A stretch of DNA of 64,000 bases, from contig BDGG01000010.1 of assembly GCA_001949185.1 (NCBI GenBank), positions 659,337 to 723,336 on the forward strand, read 5' to 3'. The translations under genes were made by a program, and so were the position numbers. The DNA is from Ramazzottius varieornatus. Its lineage: Eukaryota > Animalia > Tardigrada. The notes under the pieces were generated by a model. That model did not search any database. It was not told where the DNA came from and saw nothing but the letters and a program-made list of their open reading frames with translations. Positions 24,430-37,223 of the stretch are shown in pieces. The number at the start of each line of letters is the position of its first letter. The first letter of the stretch is position 1.

Positions 24430-27240
24430 TGTTTCTTTCTAGCACGATGGCATCAAGGAAAGTGGAAAGTGAAGTGCGACTTGTGTGACTTCTTAGCTGC
24501 CTCAGAGGGATTCCTAACCAAGCATCGGGGAAAAAGACCATGCCAAAAAGCCCAGAGAAGGCTACGTGACCAAACAGTCATCCTTAGCCAGTCCTCAGCA
24601 GCTGACGAAGACAACCGATCCGTCAATCCTGTCAAACGATCTGTTCCGACTATCAAAAGAATACCACGTGGCGCGAGAATAGCTGCAGCTTCGGCCCTCC
24701 GATATTGTGAGAGAGTGTGTAAGGAAGAATGATGTGGAGCACTGGCAGAAACTACTTACTTTCCCCTCGGTTGCTTTCAAACTTCCAGAAGTCTTTTACC
24801 ACTCTCGTCAAAGAAAACATCACTAGGCCAGCTGCAGCGGTAGACACTACTGCGGAAACGCAACCCAACAATACAAAGCAGAGGAAGAACTCAATCGGAG
24901 ACTCGTGAATGGAGAGAAGAGTGGAGCTGAAGTTGAACGGTGGCGATATCAGCGGTGCCGTTAGGGTCCCCGCCTCCGAAGATGTGATAGCCCCTATGTC
25001 AACAGAGACTCTAGAAGAGCTACGAAAAGAGCATCCTCCCGAACATCAAGATGCCCATTTCCCCTCGAAAGAGTGCTTTGGTCCTCCCTCGCCACCAGTC
25101 ACCACGGAGGAATTAATGTCAGCAGTAAGCAGTTTCCCCTGTGATTCAGCTGGGGGTCCTGATGGTCTTCGCCCTCAGCACCTGAAAGACTTGCTAGGGG
25201 ATCTATCGCTACAGCTGGCGCAAGCACTTGCTGGATGGCAAAGTACCAGACGATGTCTGCCCTGCCTTGTATGGTGCCTCGCTGATCGCTCTGCTGAAGA
25301 AGACAAGGGGAGTAAGGCTCATTGCGGTCGGCAACACTCTTCGGCGTCTAGCGGGAAAGATCGTCAGTAAACGAGTGATGGAAGCTACAGGCAAGCTTGT
25401 ACGACCCCAACAGCTCGGCCATGGCACTAGAGGCGGCGCCGGAGCAGCAGTACATTCCACTAGAGCTTTCCTCTCAGGCCCGACAGGCTGCCAAACTTTG
25501 CTGAAACTGGACTTCAGGAATGCTTTCAATTCCGTTCACAGAGGAAGGCTACTCGAGGAGACCCAGAAGTTCCTTCCCGAGATTTATCCTTTTATTTTTC
25601 AGATGTACAGATCGCCAACAAATCTCATCTACGGCGAGCACGTCATCCCTTACGCCCGAGGGGATCAGCAGGGAGGACCTCTAAGTCCATTGTTGTTCTG
25701 TCTTCTGACCCGGAACCTGTCCAAGTTGCTTCAGTCGCCCTTCATTGTATGGTATCTTGACGAAGCCACGCTTGGTGGAGACTTCGAACTGGTAAGCAGG
25801 GACTTCCAGACCATTGTGGAGATCGGCGCTTCTCTGGACCTTGAGCTCAATACGTCCAAATGTGAAGTTTGTTGTCTGTGGAGGTACTCCTACCCAACAG
25901 CAAGTTACACGCCAGAAAATGAAGCTCCTCTGCCCTGGCGTAACATTTCCGGACAAGAAGACCCTAACGCTACTTGGAACTACAGTCTTTCACGAAGCGA
26001 TCCCTCCGGTCCTAGATAGAAAGATTCGACAAGCTGAGCTCTTGACTACACGCTTAAAAAAAATCTCGGCACACCAAGCTTTGTTTCTGTTGAAGAACTG
26101 CCTTATTCTGCCCAAGCTAATGTATATCCTTCGTTGCAGCCCGACTTTCAGTTGCCTTCCTTCCCTTCAAGCCTTTGATGAGACCATCCGGAAATGTGCA
26201 GGAAAATCGCCGACATCGCAATGGACGACACGGCCTGGTGGCAGTCAAGCCGTCCTGTCAGTAGGGGCGGTCTCGGAATCCGACGCGTCGATGAACTGGC
26301 TCTCTCGGCCTTTTTGTCTTCCGTTCACTCGGCGTTCGATCTAATGAAACAGATCTATCCTCAAGTCGACGTGAATAGTATAGTATCGCCGGCGATAAAC
26401 CTCTGGCAGGAACAAAGTATCTCACAGCCTCCCATTCTCACTCTTCGTTCAGCGCAGAAGGCGTGAGACATTCCGATGGTTAACCAGCACTACCAAACCC
26501 TTCTGGATGCCAGTTCCAGAAAGAGCAAGACTAGTTGCCGTATCAGCCAAGGACTCAGGAGCATGGCTTGATGCGTTACCCATTTCTGTTTTAGGTAACT
26601 TGCTGGACGACAACTCGTTTCGCATCTCAGCTGGTTTGCGTCTTGGGGCTGGGCTCTGTGAGCCCCATGTTTGTCGTTGCAAAACACTTGTCGACGAGCT
26701 GGGACGCCACGGCTTGTCTTGTCAGTTGAGTGCCGGACGTCATTCTAGACATTCCGCTCTGAATGACTCCTTCCACCGTGCCCTCATCAGCTGTAAAGTC
26801 CCGAACGTTCTTGAGCCCAACGGGATCGTTAGGAACGACCAGAAACGACCTGACGGTCTGACGCTCATCCCGTGGCAACAAGGTAAGGCTCTTGTGTGGG
26901 ATGTAACCTGTGTGGACACTCTTGCAGTAACATACCTGCGAGGATCAGCGGGACAGCTCGGTTATGCCGCCAACAAGGCGGAAGAGCTGAAGAGACACAA
27001 GTACTGCGAGCTGGATGGTCGCTACCTGTTCTGTCCAGTAGCGTTCGAAACTTTCGGTCCTTTCGAGAACGAAGCATCCAGCCTCAAACAGCAAATAGGC
27101 GAAAGAATAGCACAAGCCACCGGTGAAACAATATCTCTCTCGTTCTTGAAGCAAAAGCTTAGTTAGATATTCAACGTGGTAATGCTACCTCTGTTTTCGG
27201 AACCTTTTCTAGTCATAGAGGTTTGGAGATCTATTCTATT
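24430..27240 (+). mobile_element. Degenerate non-LTR retrotransposon with a restriction-like endonuclease (CRE-like clade)
   Basis: N-terminal CxxC...H zinc finger, KRIPRGARIAAA, AGGPDGLRPQHL, RT motifs (RLIAVGNTLRR, LKLDFRNAFNSV, GDQQGGPLSPLLF, WYLDE in place of YLDD) and RLE motifs (RHSALND, KRPDGL, WDVTCVD, FCPVAFETFG). Multiple frameshifts and stops. Confidence 0.88.
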
Positions 27241-27520
27241 GCCGATATCAATAACCGAGATTTTTAGCTGATTCGTATTGTTTTATTGTTTTGGGGCCTG
27301 GTTCTACCGGGTATCTTTATGCTTTTGCAAACTGGCTTGCGTTTTTTTGTTTTTTGAGACTGAAACAAACGTAGAATTACAGATTAAAAGGAGTGTTGGA
27401 TTTAAGATAAGCTACTCAGGCGCTGCTTATCTTGAAAACTGAACTTCGTAATTCACTTTCGAGATCAACACAATCAACGGAGTTTTACGGCCTGTCGTGA
27501 GGAGGACTATTGCTGGCTCA

Positions 27521-27766
27521 CGAGGCGATTACGCTTGCCGCCTTTCTGAAATATTTTGACATAATAGAACGATGGAGAAGAGTCTGCTCTATCGTCTGAA
27601 ACAGACATAGATGAAATCCTGGAAGACGCTACAGAACCCGGAAGCGACGTCAGATTCCGGGCGTTACATAGTTTATTCAATCAAGCGGTTTGATTTCAGT
27701 GTTGTTGATTCATCATTGATTGACAGAGTCGCGCTATGCTTTAGAATAGAAGCTAATCACTTTTGC
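27521..27766. mobile_element. Older truncated end of the same DNA-transposon family (inverted right end)
   Basis: Diverged reverse-complement match to 29460-29719, flanked by TCA. Confidence 0.75.
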
Positions 27767-27769
27767 TGA

Positions 27770-29719
27770 CGAGGGGATTATGCGTGTCCTCCGCATTTCT
27801 GAAATATTCTGACATGATAGACTGATGGAGAAGAGTCTGTTCTATCGTCTGAAACAGGCGTAGCTTGCGCAATGAAATTCTGGAAGACACTACAGGAACC
27901 GGAAGTGACGTCAAAATCTGGGCGGTACACACCTATTGATTTTATCGACCTCACGTATCGTGCGAACTTCAACTTCACATTGTCAAGCAAGGCAAATCTT
28001 TCAGAAATGATATTCTTCGTAAAAGTGGTGGAAGCATAGCGGAGTTTTAAACCATCCACGTTTCAGAAGGAACGCTCACATTTATCATGGTCACAACGAC
28101 CAGTCAGTCCTTGGAAACAGAATTTTGTGGGGTTAACATATTCTACGGACCTGCCGACATAACCCGACAAATGTCAAGCTTGAGCAATGAAGTTAGAAAA
28201 TCTAGGACAAGTAAAGTGCTAGTAAATCAGGGAATGCATTTTCAATATGACGTACCGATGGTGGACTTGAGCCGGCTGATTGTTCAAGAATATCCAGTTC
28301 GTAACCTTCCTGAAACACCCCGTGAACATCGGGAAGCAAAGAACGTCCAGTGGCTGAATCTGACCGGCGACTTTAGGTGGTATAGTGATCATTTCATGTT
28401 CCAGTTCTTCCGGTTTGACTCCTTCTACGGTTTCTTGGTCAGAAAACGTCGACAAAGAATCAGCAAGGAATATACAGCGCTGGTTCGTGTGCGGAAAGAA
28501 AGAGTAGAGCTCCATGGTAATTTTTCCAGACGTGGAAGCAGTGACATACAGGTTACTAGCTTTGAACATGGACTTTTTCACAAGTCGTCCGAAGATTTCA
28601 TTGGGTTCTTGCAGCGTGATGAAGAGAACGGGCAGAAACTTGCGGACACCTGGTGGAACACACATCATAACCGTGTAGCTGTGAGTCATCGAGCTCTGAG
28701 ACTGTGTGAGTGCTAAAACGTGCTTTGCACCGACGAAATCCGGAGTTCGACCTGGTCTCTTCTCGTACCCGAATCCACTCTGATGCATTATCGATCCACG
28801 AGCCTCCTTCTCCAACGTAATTCCTCCAGTCTCTCAGCTGGCGAGTACTGGTGACTTTCCTATACTTGTCCTGCGCACTGGCCAGGCTACGACGCTTCTT
28901 GGAAGAGACATTGGTCCAGTAACCAACAGCACGCTTTTTTTAGGCAAAATCAGCAGCCTGGTTTAGTGCCACTTTCGGATTCGGGATTCGGAGTACAAAC
29001 AGCTCATGGGAAGAAGGCTCTGTTCCGAGTGAAGCAGGTCCGGTAAGGCGACCATTCGGAGTAGATTCGAAGTCTGCTTCGCTATGTCCATGAAACAGGT
29101 TGGTTACAGCGATAGACTTTTCCAGCTGATCGAACGTCGGCACGCCAATCGGGAGCTCATACTGAAGATCTTCTTCAGTGGCCGATATCGCACTTCCAGC
29201 TTGGTCGAGCTGGACGTCCAAGAAGTCTGTAAGCACAAGACCAAACCTGAGATAAGCTTTAGGCAATCGACATAATTGCCGAAATTTACAGTACTCGTAC
29301 CTTTGATGAGTGTCTTTAACATCTTGTCAGATTCGCTCTCAGAGTCGCTCAGTTGGAAATGTTGCTCGTAGTCCGACAGCAGTAGGTTCAAGATGTTGAG
29401 GGCATTAACGGATTCCGTGGCGCTATCGGGAGGAAAAGAAGAGAGGAAAGAGAACTTCGCAGCACAAATGATTAGCTTGTATTCTAAAGCATAGCGCAAC
29501 TTTGTCAATCAATAACGAATCAACAACACTGAAACCAAACCCCTTGATTGAATAAACCATGTACCGCCCAGATTTTGACATCACTTCCGGTTCCTGTAGT
29601 GTCTTCCAGAATTTCATTGCGCAAGCTACGCCTGTTTCAAACGATAGAACAGACTCTTCTCCATCAGTCTATCATGTCAGAATATTTCAGAAAGGTGGAG
29701 GACAAGCATAATCCCCTCG
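27770..29719 (-). mobile_element. pogo/Tc5-like DDE DNA transposon, defective, ~160-bp TIRs
   Basis: TIRs at 27770-27929 and 29560-29719 (CGAGGGGATTATGC...). Internal ORF 28219-28815 has QSGF, THSYT, LQE, SGK, ADS and IPP...QIQPLDV transposase motifs. Flanks TGA and TTA (TNA). Confidence 0.82.
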
Positions 29720-29940
29720 TTAATGGGCCGAAACCTGTAATCGGGTCTTTTTGTAAATGCGAGCCCGGCATGCAAACCTCGAACCTGAGCTGATCGTTCT
29801 TCCAAGTGGCGCAAGCTTTCAGCTCTTGTCACCGAGGATGTGCGCCACTCAGCAAAACGATCTGGTCGAGTATGTTTGCCGAGCTCTCAAACTTCGTTTT
29901 ATATTAAAAGTTGGTGACTTTTTGTGGGTTATTGTTTCAG

Positions 29941-30291
29941 GTGCGCGTTTCGGTCGAGGTCAAGACGGAACTGCTCCGCGGTTTCGACCTGTCCTACATT
30001 GAGCTTCAGTTTCTGCAGAAAGCTGTGGATACTCTGAAGCAATGCCGCCGGACGCCGATGAACACCTACGCGTTTGCTTTCTACGCCAAGAAGAACCATC
30101 AACAAGCAAGATTCGAGGTCAACCAGAGCGACCTGGAGACTGCAACTGAAACATTGTCAAAACAGCTGGAAGCCGAAGGAGAGACTGTGGCGGACATCAA
30201 GCAGAAGTTCCAGGACCAAGCCAACTACTGCGAGAGTCGAAGGAAGGTTTTGGTGGAACATGTCCATGAATGGTACGAGAAAGAATGGTAG
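29941..30291 (+). pseudogene. Ariadne duplicate, 3' fragment (last exon)
   Basis: LSYIELQFLQKAVDTLKQCRRTPMNTYAFAFYAKKN...[21 protein letters not shown], preceded by an acceptor at 29940. The RING-IBR-RING exons are not found. Confidence 0.88.
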
Positions 30292-30737
30292 GAATTCAGT
30301 TGAATGTTACTCTACTTTCGTGTGATGCCCAAATAATTATGGCTTCTTCGTTCTACCATCAGCTGGTATTTCCTACTTCCAAAAGGCTTTCGTCGTGTAA
30401 GTACGTTAGCTCCTGATCCTTCGATACTCATTCCTGACGGCACACTTGACTCGTTCTTTTCAATTTCGTCTTGTCAAGCTCCAGGTTCACACACACGTTC
30501 ACGTTTAATAGTTTTGAAATCCGGGAAATTCTTCCTTCACCAAGTAATATGGACAAAATATTGCACGGCGAAGTTGCGAATTGGCCGTTGGGGACCAAGC
30601 TCGACAATATCTGCGTAAAGAGTTTCTTCCGAGTGGCGCACGCTTCAAGCCAATAAGATTGATGATATGCGCCACTTTGGAAACAGAAGTGGCGCATCTT
30701 GTCGAGGTTGCTTCAGACTCTTCCAACTCTTCCAAGT

Positions 30738-32777
30738 TCAGAGCTTCCAACTGCCGCTGTGCTGGTGGTGGCTGTGATTCTCTTCTGATTCCGGTTGCCA
30801 CAAGTTGTCAGCACAAGGTTTCGTCGCGATTAGCTGTCCTCGCTGCGGGAGAACTCGAAGAATATCTCTCAAGGTACGGTGCTTACCGAACTCCTCGCCT
30901 TCATCCATGGTCTCAGGCAGTAGCTGGTTCGCTGTTTCAGGTAGCAGCAACGTGGCGAACCCACCAAGGATAGCCAAGACGGCAAAAGCCACCAAGGGCA
31001 ACCATGGATAGTGCTTCGCCACCGACGTGATCAACGGGCAGACACACAACCCAAGCGTCGACACAGTCTGCGCCAAGAACCCACCAGATCCTCTAACGAC
31101 CGTGGGAAAGATCTCCGAAGCGATCAGATCCGTCACGAAGAACGAGATGGTAATGGCGAATTTTGATATGAGAAAGAGAACAATGGTTGTTTTCTGATGC
31201 GTGAGAGGCGTCAGCGCGGCTGCAATGCAAAAAATGCCTCCGATCTCGAGTGAGATCATCAGAGTTCCTCGTCGACCAAGTGGGTTGAGAGTGAAGTACA
31301 GGAGGAAGTAGGAGGGAAGTTCGACTAGAGCTGCTAGCAGGAAACCCACATAGTCGTCACCGCCCAAGTATGGCACGAAGAAGTTCATGCCGTTGTAGAC
31401 GGCGAACCCGCTAAATGTGATGAAGACGATCAGGATGGAGTTCTTTCGTAAGTTGGGCGTCCGGAACAGGTCGACCAAAGTATATTTCCTGAAAAACGGA
31501 ATGGGTGCTGTGCAAACAAGACAAAGGAAAATGTCATCTAAAGTGACGCACGTTTCCATTGTTTCGACTGGAAGGGTGCGCCACTCAAGCCGACTACTTG
31601 AACGGTTTGTTTTGGCCGCCTTCCATTGTAAGATTCAGTCTTGAAATTCAGGTCTTTAAGTACGGGCTCACCTGGTTGTAGCTTCTAGATCCACCGACGC
31701 TTCGATTTTACTTCTCAGGATTTCCAAATAGTTTTCCGGAAGGTCGGGCTTGTTCATCTTGATAATTCTTCTAACGATAGCCAACATCTCGTCAGTCCTC
31801 CCACGCGCCATCAACCACCGCGGCGATTCTGGAAGCAACCACCAGTCTGCTATGAAGAACGTGAAAGGAAGCGTTACTGCCAGCTGGAACTCGAACCAGG
31901 GTCGGACAAAGTATGCCACCACAGCGACTCCGACAACGCCCAGCGAGTAAAAAAATGATATGGTGGTGCCGACAGCCGCGCGCTTCGACGGACCGACGAG
32001 CTCAAGACCCATGATCAGCGGAATCAAGTAAACTGGGATGACGGTGAGTCCGCTGATGAAGCGAGCAATGCAGAAGAACGTGAAGTTTGGTGAGAAGGCA
32101 GTAGCGATACCACTAGCAAGTTGGATAATCGCAGCGAGGAAGAATGCTTTCTTGCGACCGATCCTGTCGGAAAGGAAACCGAAAAGCAGACAACCGAGAA
32201 GGGTTCCCACTGTGTTGATGAAGAGCGACCATGTCGGGAAGTCTTCTTTGTCGCAGATGAGGTTCCAATCCATGACGAGGGTAGACTGGTAGACAGAGCG
32301 ATCGTACTCCCAACCACTGGTGCAGGGGACTGTCGGGAAAGTGGCGTTTTGGAAGTGTTCGGCGTTTTCTAGTTTGTTGGACTGTTGAAGATGCCGGTAA
32401 GTGGGGCTGTCGAGCCTGTCGAGATCGTACATGGAGCAGCGACTATGAGTAATGTTTCCGGTTTCAGCGTTTCTCACGTTTGGAATCCACCAGCGATTAC
32501 TGCTTTGGTTGTTCGGTAAAATTGTGTGGAGCTCGGAGATGTTGAAGGAGGGCGGAAGTCGACACCAGTAGTCACCGGGAACCCCAACGGTAAAAATCTG
32601 TAATTAGAGTTACGATGGTATCGGGACAGTTTTCTCAAATGAGGATCCTCGTAATACCTGGGAAAATCCATGGAAGCCACCGGGAAGCGTCGCTGGAAGG
32701 ACCACAAAGACGAGAAGGAGCTTCTGATACCGCCCGAATTGACCTACCTCGAGTAAAATCTCGTCGAAATCGATCAT
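30738..32777 (-). CDS. SLC22 organic cation transporter family (MFS)
   Basis: MIDFDEILLEVGQFGRYQK, GWEYDRSVYQSTLVMDWNLIC, LSDRIGRKK, LPESPRWL, SEIFPTVVR and LLLPET. Confidence 0.93.
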
Positions 32778-33274
32778 AGCTTCTGCGATTTTGTGTCCAC
32801 TAACTACAGATGGAACGGTTCGCCAAAGTTGATGTTGGCTCTGCTCACATTAGGAATGCTAGTTTTGGGCTGTTTTTCCACGAGCTCTTCGAAGAATAGA
32901 ATTTATGCAACAAAAACCGGAAATGCGGCATAGTCGCGCCACAGTTGATGCGCATAAATTTGGCCATTCTCTTCTTTCTAATTTCCGTTTACACTTTAAC
33001 TGGCTGTCTTCGGCTGTACAGCTCGCAGTGAGCTCAGCGGACAACGGTTTGTTTTGCATGATCAGTCAGGTCGGAGAAAATTTGCGAGCTCGAGAACGGA
33101 AGGACCCGGAGGTGTCGCATCCGAAGTAGCCCCTGACGTCACAGCAGCCTAACGTCATGCGTACCGATGTCATCCGGTTGTCCAACAGTCTAACTGTAGC
33201 AGCTGTAGCAGCTAACGCGATTAATTATTCTCCTTCTTCCAGCTCCAGTTTGTTTCACCTTGCATTGCTCCACC

Positions 33275-34771
33275 ATGCCTTACCTTTCCCGGATATCGTA
33301 CATTGCCATAGGATTGACCGTGATCTGGATGTGGGACGTGGGAAAGTATTTGGGTGAGCGGATGACTACTGCATGTACCGTATGGTGCTCTGAGTAACTG
33401 TTCCTGTCATGTATGTCATGCTTGCAGTGCTGGCCACAAGCCACGATGTTGTGAAGATGCGCGTTATCGTGGATCCCGTTTCCCTCTCCCAAGCCAACCA
33501 TGCCGCAGCCGCCGTGAGAGAAGATGAGGATGAGGAGGCGGACAACGGGGAGCCTATCACTGTGCGCGTTGAACCAGCCAGCTTCTCCGGTCCAGAGCAC
33601 TTCCGGTCGCTTGATGGTCAGTGCTTCCAGTTTGACGATGAGAAGTAAATTAGTTCACTTCATCCTTGAGAGTTATGGCGCAGTACAGACTACGGCCTAC
33701 GACCTGAAACTGCGTTTTGTGTTTAGGTTCGAGTACAAGCTGTGCCCATTTCAGAATGCTACCCAGAAAGAAAACAATGGCAGAAGGCGCACCACTTCAA
33801 TTGGGTAGGTCGAAGTACGGTACTTCATTTCCGTGATTCCGCAGCGGCGCCGCAACGGCGCAACTGCAGAGTCCAGAACAACGGTCTTTCATACCGCCGA
33901 TGGCCTTTGCCAAGGTGTTCTGCGACCATTATCGATCTTTTGCAGAGTATGGCATGATTGGATTGTGAAGAACGAAAGTTTCGCTGGATGGCGCTTCCTG
34001 AACGGGAAACCATGCGATGCAGAAACCGTTCGTCAAACAATCGTATGTACCTCTTTCTCGAAATGCATAATTTCCAGTTGCATGCGGGTTTTTTATGGCT
34101 GGACATCGTACGGAAGAGGCTTGATTAGGGCAATGTCTGTCATCAGGTTGATTTCGAATGCGGAAGTGTTCCGCTGATTTGGGAGGTCGCGGAACCCGCT
34201 CGTTGTCACTACCACTTGACATTCAAACTCCCGCAAGCATGCTACACCGATCCGCTGCTGGTTTATCCCATACTTCCACAAGAGCTGCGAACTCGATGGG
34301 ATATGCTGGAGAAAGAATACTTGGACGGCGAGATCACCGACAAGGTATTCCTTGAGATACTTCTGACGTGGACGGACCTGCGTACAGTTCTTTTTGTATC
34401 TTTGCGGTGTTTTTTCAAGGGTTACGATGTGCGATTGTCGGAGATTCTGGGCGACGCAAACCTTGTGCGGTTGGAAGCTGCATTAGCCGCTCCTACAACG
34501 GACCCTTCTTCGCAGTTTACTACGTTGCGAAATGTCGCCACTTCCGGTGTGGTTAGTGAAGCTGTGTCTTCCGTTAACGATGGGCCTTCTGGCGGAAGTC
34601 GCTTTCAAAGTGTGGATCAATGTCAGAAGGTGTGTAATGAAACTACTTCACGATGTACCTCCCGTTTTTGATGGCATGCTTAGCTTCCTTCGACAGGAAT
34701 TCCGTGATCTGGAGGAGAAGTATCGTCGCTTGAAAGAGTTCTGTCCTGCTGCAGGTCAGGTGCTCGGGTGA
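33275..34771 (+). CDS. GNPTG: GlcNAc-1-phosphotransferase gamma subunit (MRH plus DMAP-binding domains)
   Basis: SGPEHFRSLDGQCF, FEYKLCPFQNATQKE, GVWHDW, VAEPARCHY and LLVYPILPQELRTRWD...EITDKGY across ~7 exons. Confidence 0.85.
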
Positions 34772-35435
34772 TTTACGGGTCCTCAGAGCATTGCGTGCTC
34801 TTTTCAGTATATTTTAAGACGATTCATTGGTTCCTGACGTAAGGTGATTTAGCTTTCGCTGTGATAAAGATGACACCACATGTTAAAAGAAATCTGGAAA
34901 CTGGCTAGTCGGTTTTACTGTCGTACTTCCGGTCTTTTGCCTTTTGTATATCCGGTGAGGCCAGCTCTCTCATTTTTTTTTATTTGGTCCTCCAAGTTTT
35001 TTAAATGTGTACGCTCTGAAGAATACACACTACAGTGCATCTTGATGGGACACGGCGTAATATGAATGCTATACGAACTGGAGAGGAGGAAGGAAGGAGG
35101 AAGAAAAATGCTGCACAAAATCAATGCGAGACTTCCAGGCTTAACTTAGAGACTCCCATGTCGTACACGAGACGGTACTGCCAGAGTGATACTCTGGTAC
35201 TGCTCACCACGAGCATCCGCTGCTAACGGTTGGTTGGCGATGCCCTGTTTTCGGTTTACGGTAGTTGATTGAGTTGATCAGCTCTCAAGTCTCAACCTCA
35301 ATACTCGTACAACTTTTTGACTTTTCTACTTTTCCAGCCATTTTCCATTTCTGTCATTCTGTTGCTGTCTCTGGTTCAGCCGGTTGGGACGTTGGGTGTT
35401 ACACCACATCAGGAGCGGACATCTGTACTAGGAGA

Positions 35436-37117
35436 ATGGCGATCAATGGACATAAACGCGACGGAGATGTGCTCGACGATGGCGGCTACGACGAGGATTT
35501 CCCACAGTTCAAGAAGCCTCGGAATGAGCTCGTCGTCGCAGAAGATACTGCTGCCAGAGAACGCAAGATGGCCGTAGCTGTAAGTGTCCGTTGTAACTCA
35601 CATGGTGGAGAGTTTAAATCGTGAGCCATATACGTTGCTTTATAGGGAATACCGAGAACGTCCAGCATGCAAGCGCCAATCATGCTCCTGACAGGCCACG
35701 GTGGAGAAATATTCTGCTGTAAATTCCACCCAGATGGTTCAGCTTTGGCTTCCGCTGGATTTGACAGACAGATCTGTAAGACATTTCGGTGTTTTCATCT
35801 CGTGTTATAGCCTGCATGGAGAATATCCTGCGAATTATTTCAGACCTGTGGAATGTGTTTGGAGAGTGCGAAAATTATGCCATTCTACCCGGACATACTG
35901 GGGCTATCCTGGACCTCCACTTTACCAGAGACGGAAGGTACAGTCTGACGTAGAAAATTTTGCTCATATCTCTTGTGGTAGAAACAGGAAACCTCGAAAA
36001 ATGTTGACAGACGTCATCAGATTGAATGATCAATTGGGATTTGGGATTCAAAATTGCAGTCCTTTTGATGAGGCACATAGATACTCTGCAGTTTTCTGCA
36101 AGTTATCCTGCTAATTGTAAGCTTTTTCCATCGATCTGCTCAGAAAACTGGATCTTTGTTTTGCAGAAAGATCATCACCTCGTCGACGGACAAGACCATC
36201 GGTGTTTTTGATTTCATGACCGGTGCCCGCATAAAGCGCATCAAAGGCCACAAGCAGATCGTCAATTCAGCCTGCACAAGTCCTAACGCTGGACCAGACA
36301 TGATCTGTAGCGCGAGTGACGACGGAAAAGTCATGATGTGGGACCTCCGGACACGGAACTTTGTTAAATCCTTTGAATCAAAGTATCCTGTCCTCTCCTG
36401 CTGCTTCAACGGAGTCACGGACGTTATCGTTTCCGGTGGCGTCGACAACAACCTCAAAGTAAATTCCCCAAAAGCATGACCACCTTCATACTCACCTATT
36501 TTGTGCACCAAGCATCTATCGTAGTTTCTTCTCTCTTTTCCAGGTATGGGATCTCAAAAACGACCAGCTCCATTACTCGCTAGTTGGACACAGCGACTCC
36601 GTTACGGGCATCGCGTTGGATCCAACGGGCTCTTACGTCCTCTCGAATTCTATGGATAATACTGGTACATCCTATTCTTCCGTTCGCTGGGCATTAGTTA
36701 CGATCGTGGTTTATTTTGTAGCGAGGATTTGGGACATTAGGCCTTTCGCGCCTCCGCAGAGGTGTACGAGACTGTTCAGTGGCCACCAGCACAACTTTGA
36801 GAAGAACCTTCTCAGGTGTGCCTGGTCGAAAGACGGAAGTAGGGTAGCATGTGGCTCCGGTGACCGTTTCGTGTACATCTGGGAGACGGTCTCAGCGAAA
36901 ATCGAGTATAAGCTACCTGGACACAATGGATCGGTCAATGATGTCTGCTTCCATCCTAGAGAACCCATCGGTAAGCTCACTGTTGATAAGTTATTTTTTG
37001 TAAACATCGTCGTAAAATCATAATAATATCTGCGAAGGTTAAAACAAATGTTTCTTTACAGTGGCATCAGCTTCGAGCGACAGGCAAATTTACTTGGGCG
37101 AAATCGAACTGAGCTGA
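35436..37117 (+). CDS. SNRNP40: U5 snRNP 40 kDa WD40 protein
   Basis: RTSSMQAPIMLLTGHGGEIFCCKFHPDG, RIWDIRPFAP, HNFEKNLLRCAWS, YKLPGHNGSVN and SDRQIYLGEI. Confidence 0.95.
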
Positions 37118-37223
37118 AAGAACTTCACAGTTTAAAGAAAGACCAACTAAAAATGTTAGACATGTTATCTTGTTTGTAACGTTGTTGATTGACCGATATT
37201 TTCTGCTTTTTTTGGACTGCTGG

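Noticed and set aside
28087-28716. 209-aa plus-strand ORF
   Set aside because: It is the antisense shadow of the transposase fragment on the minus strand.
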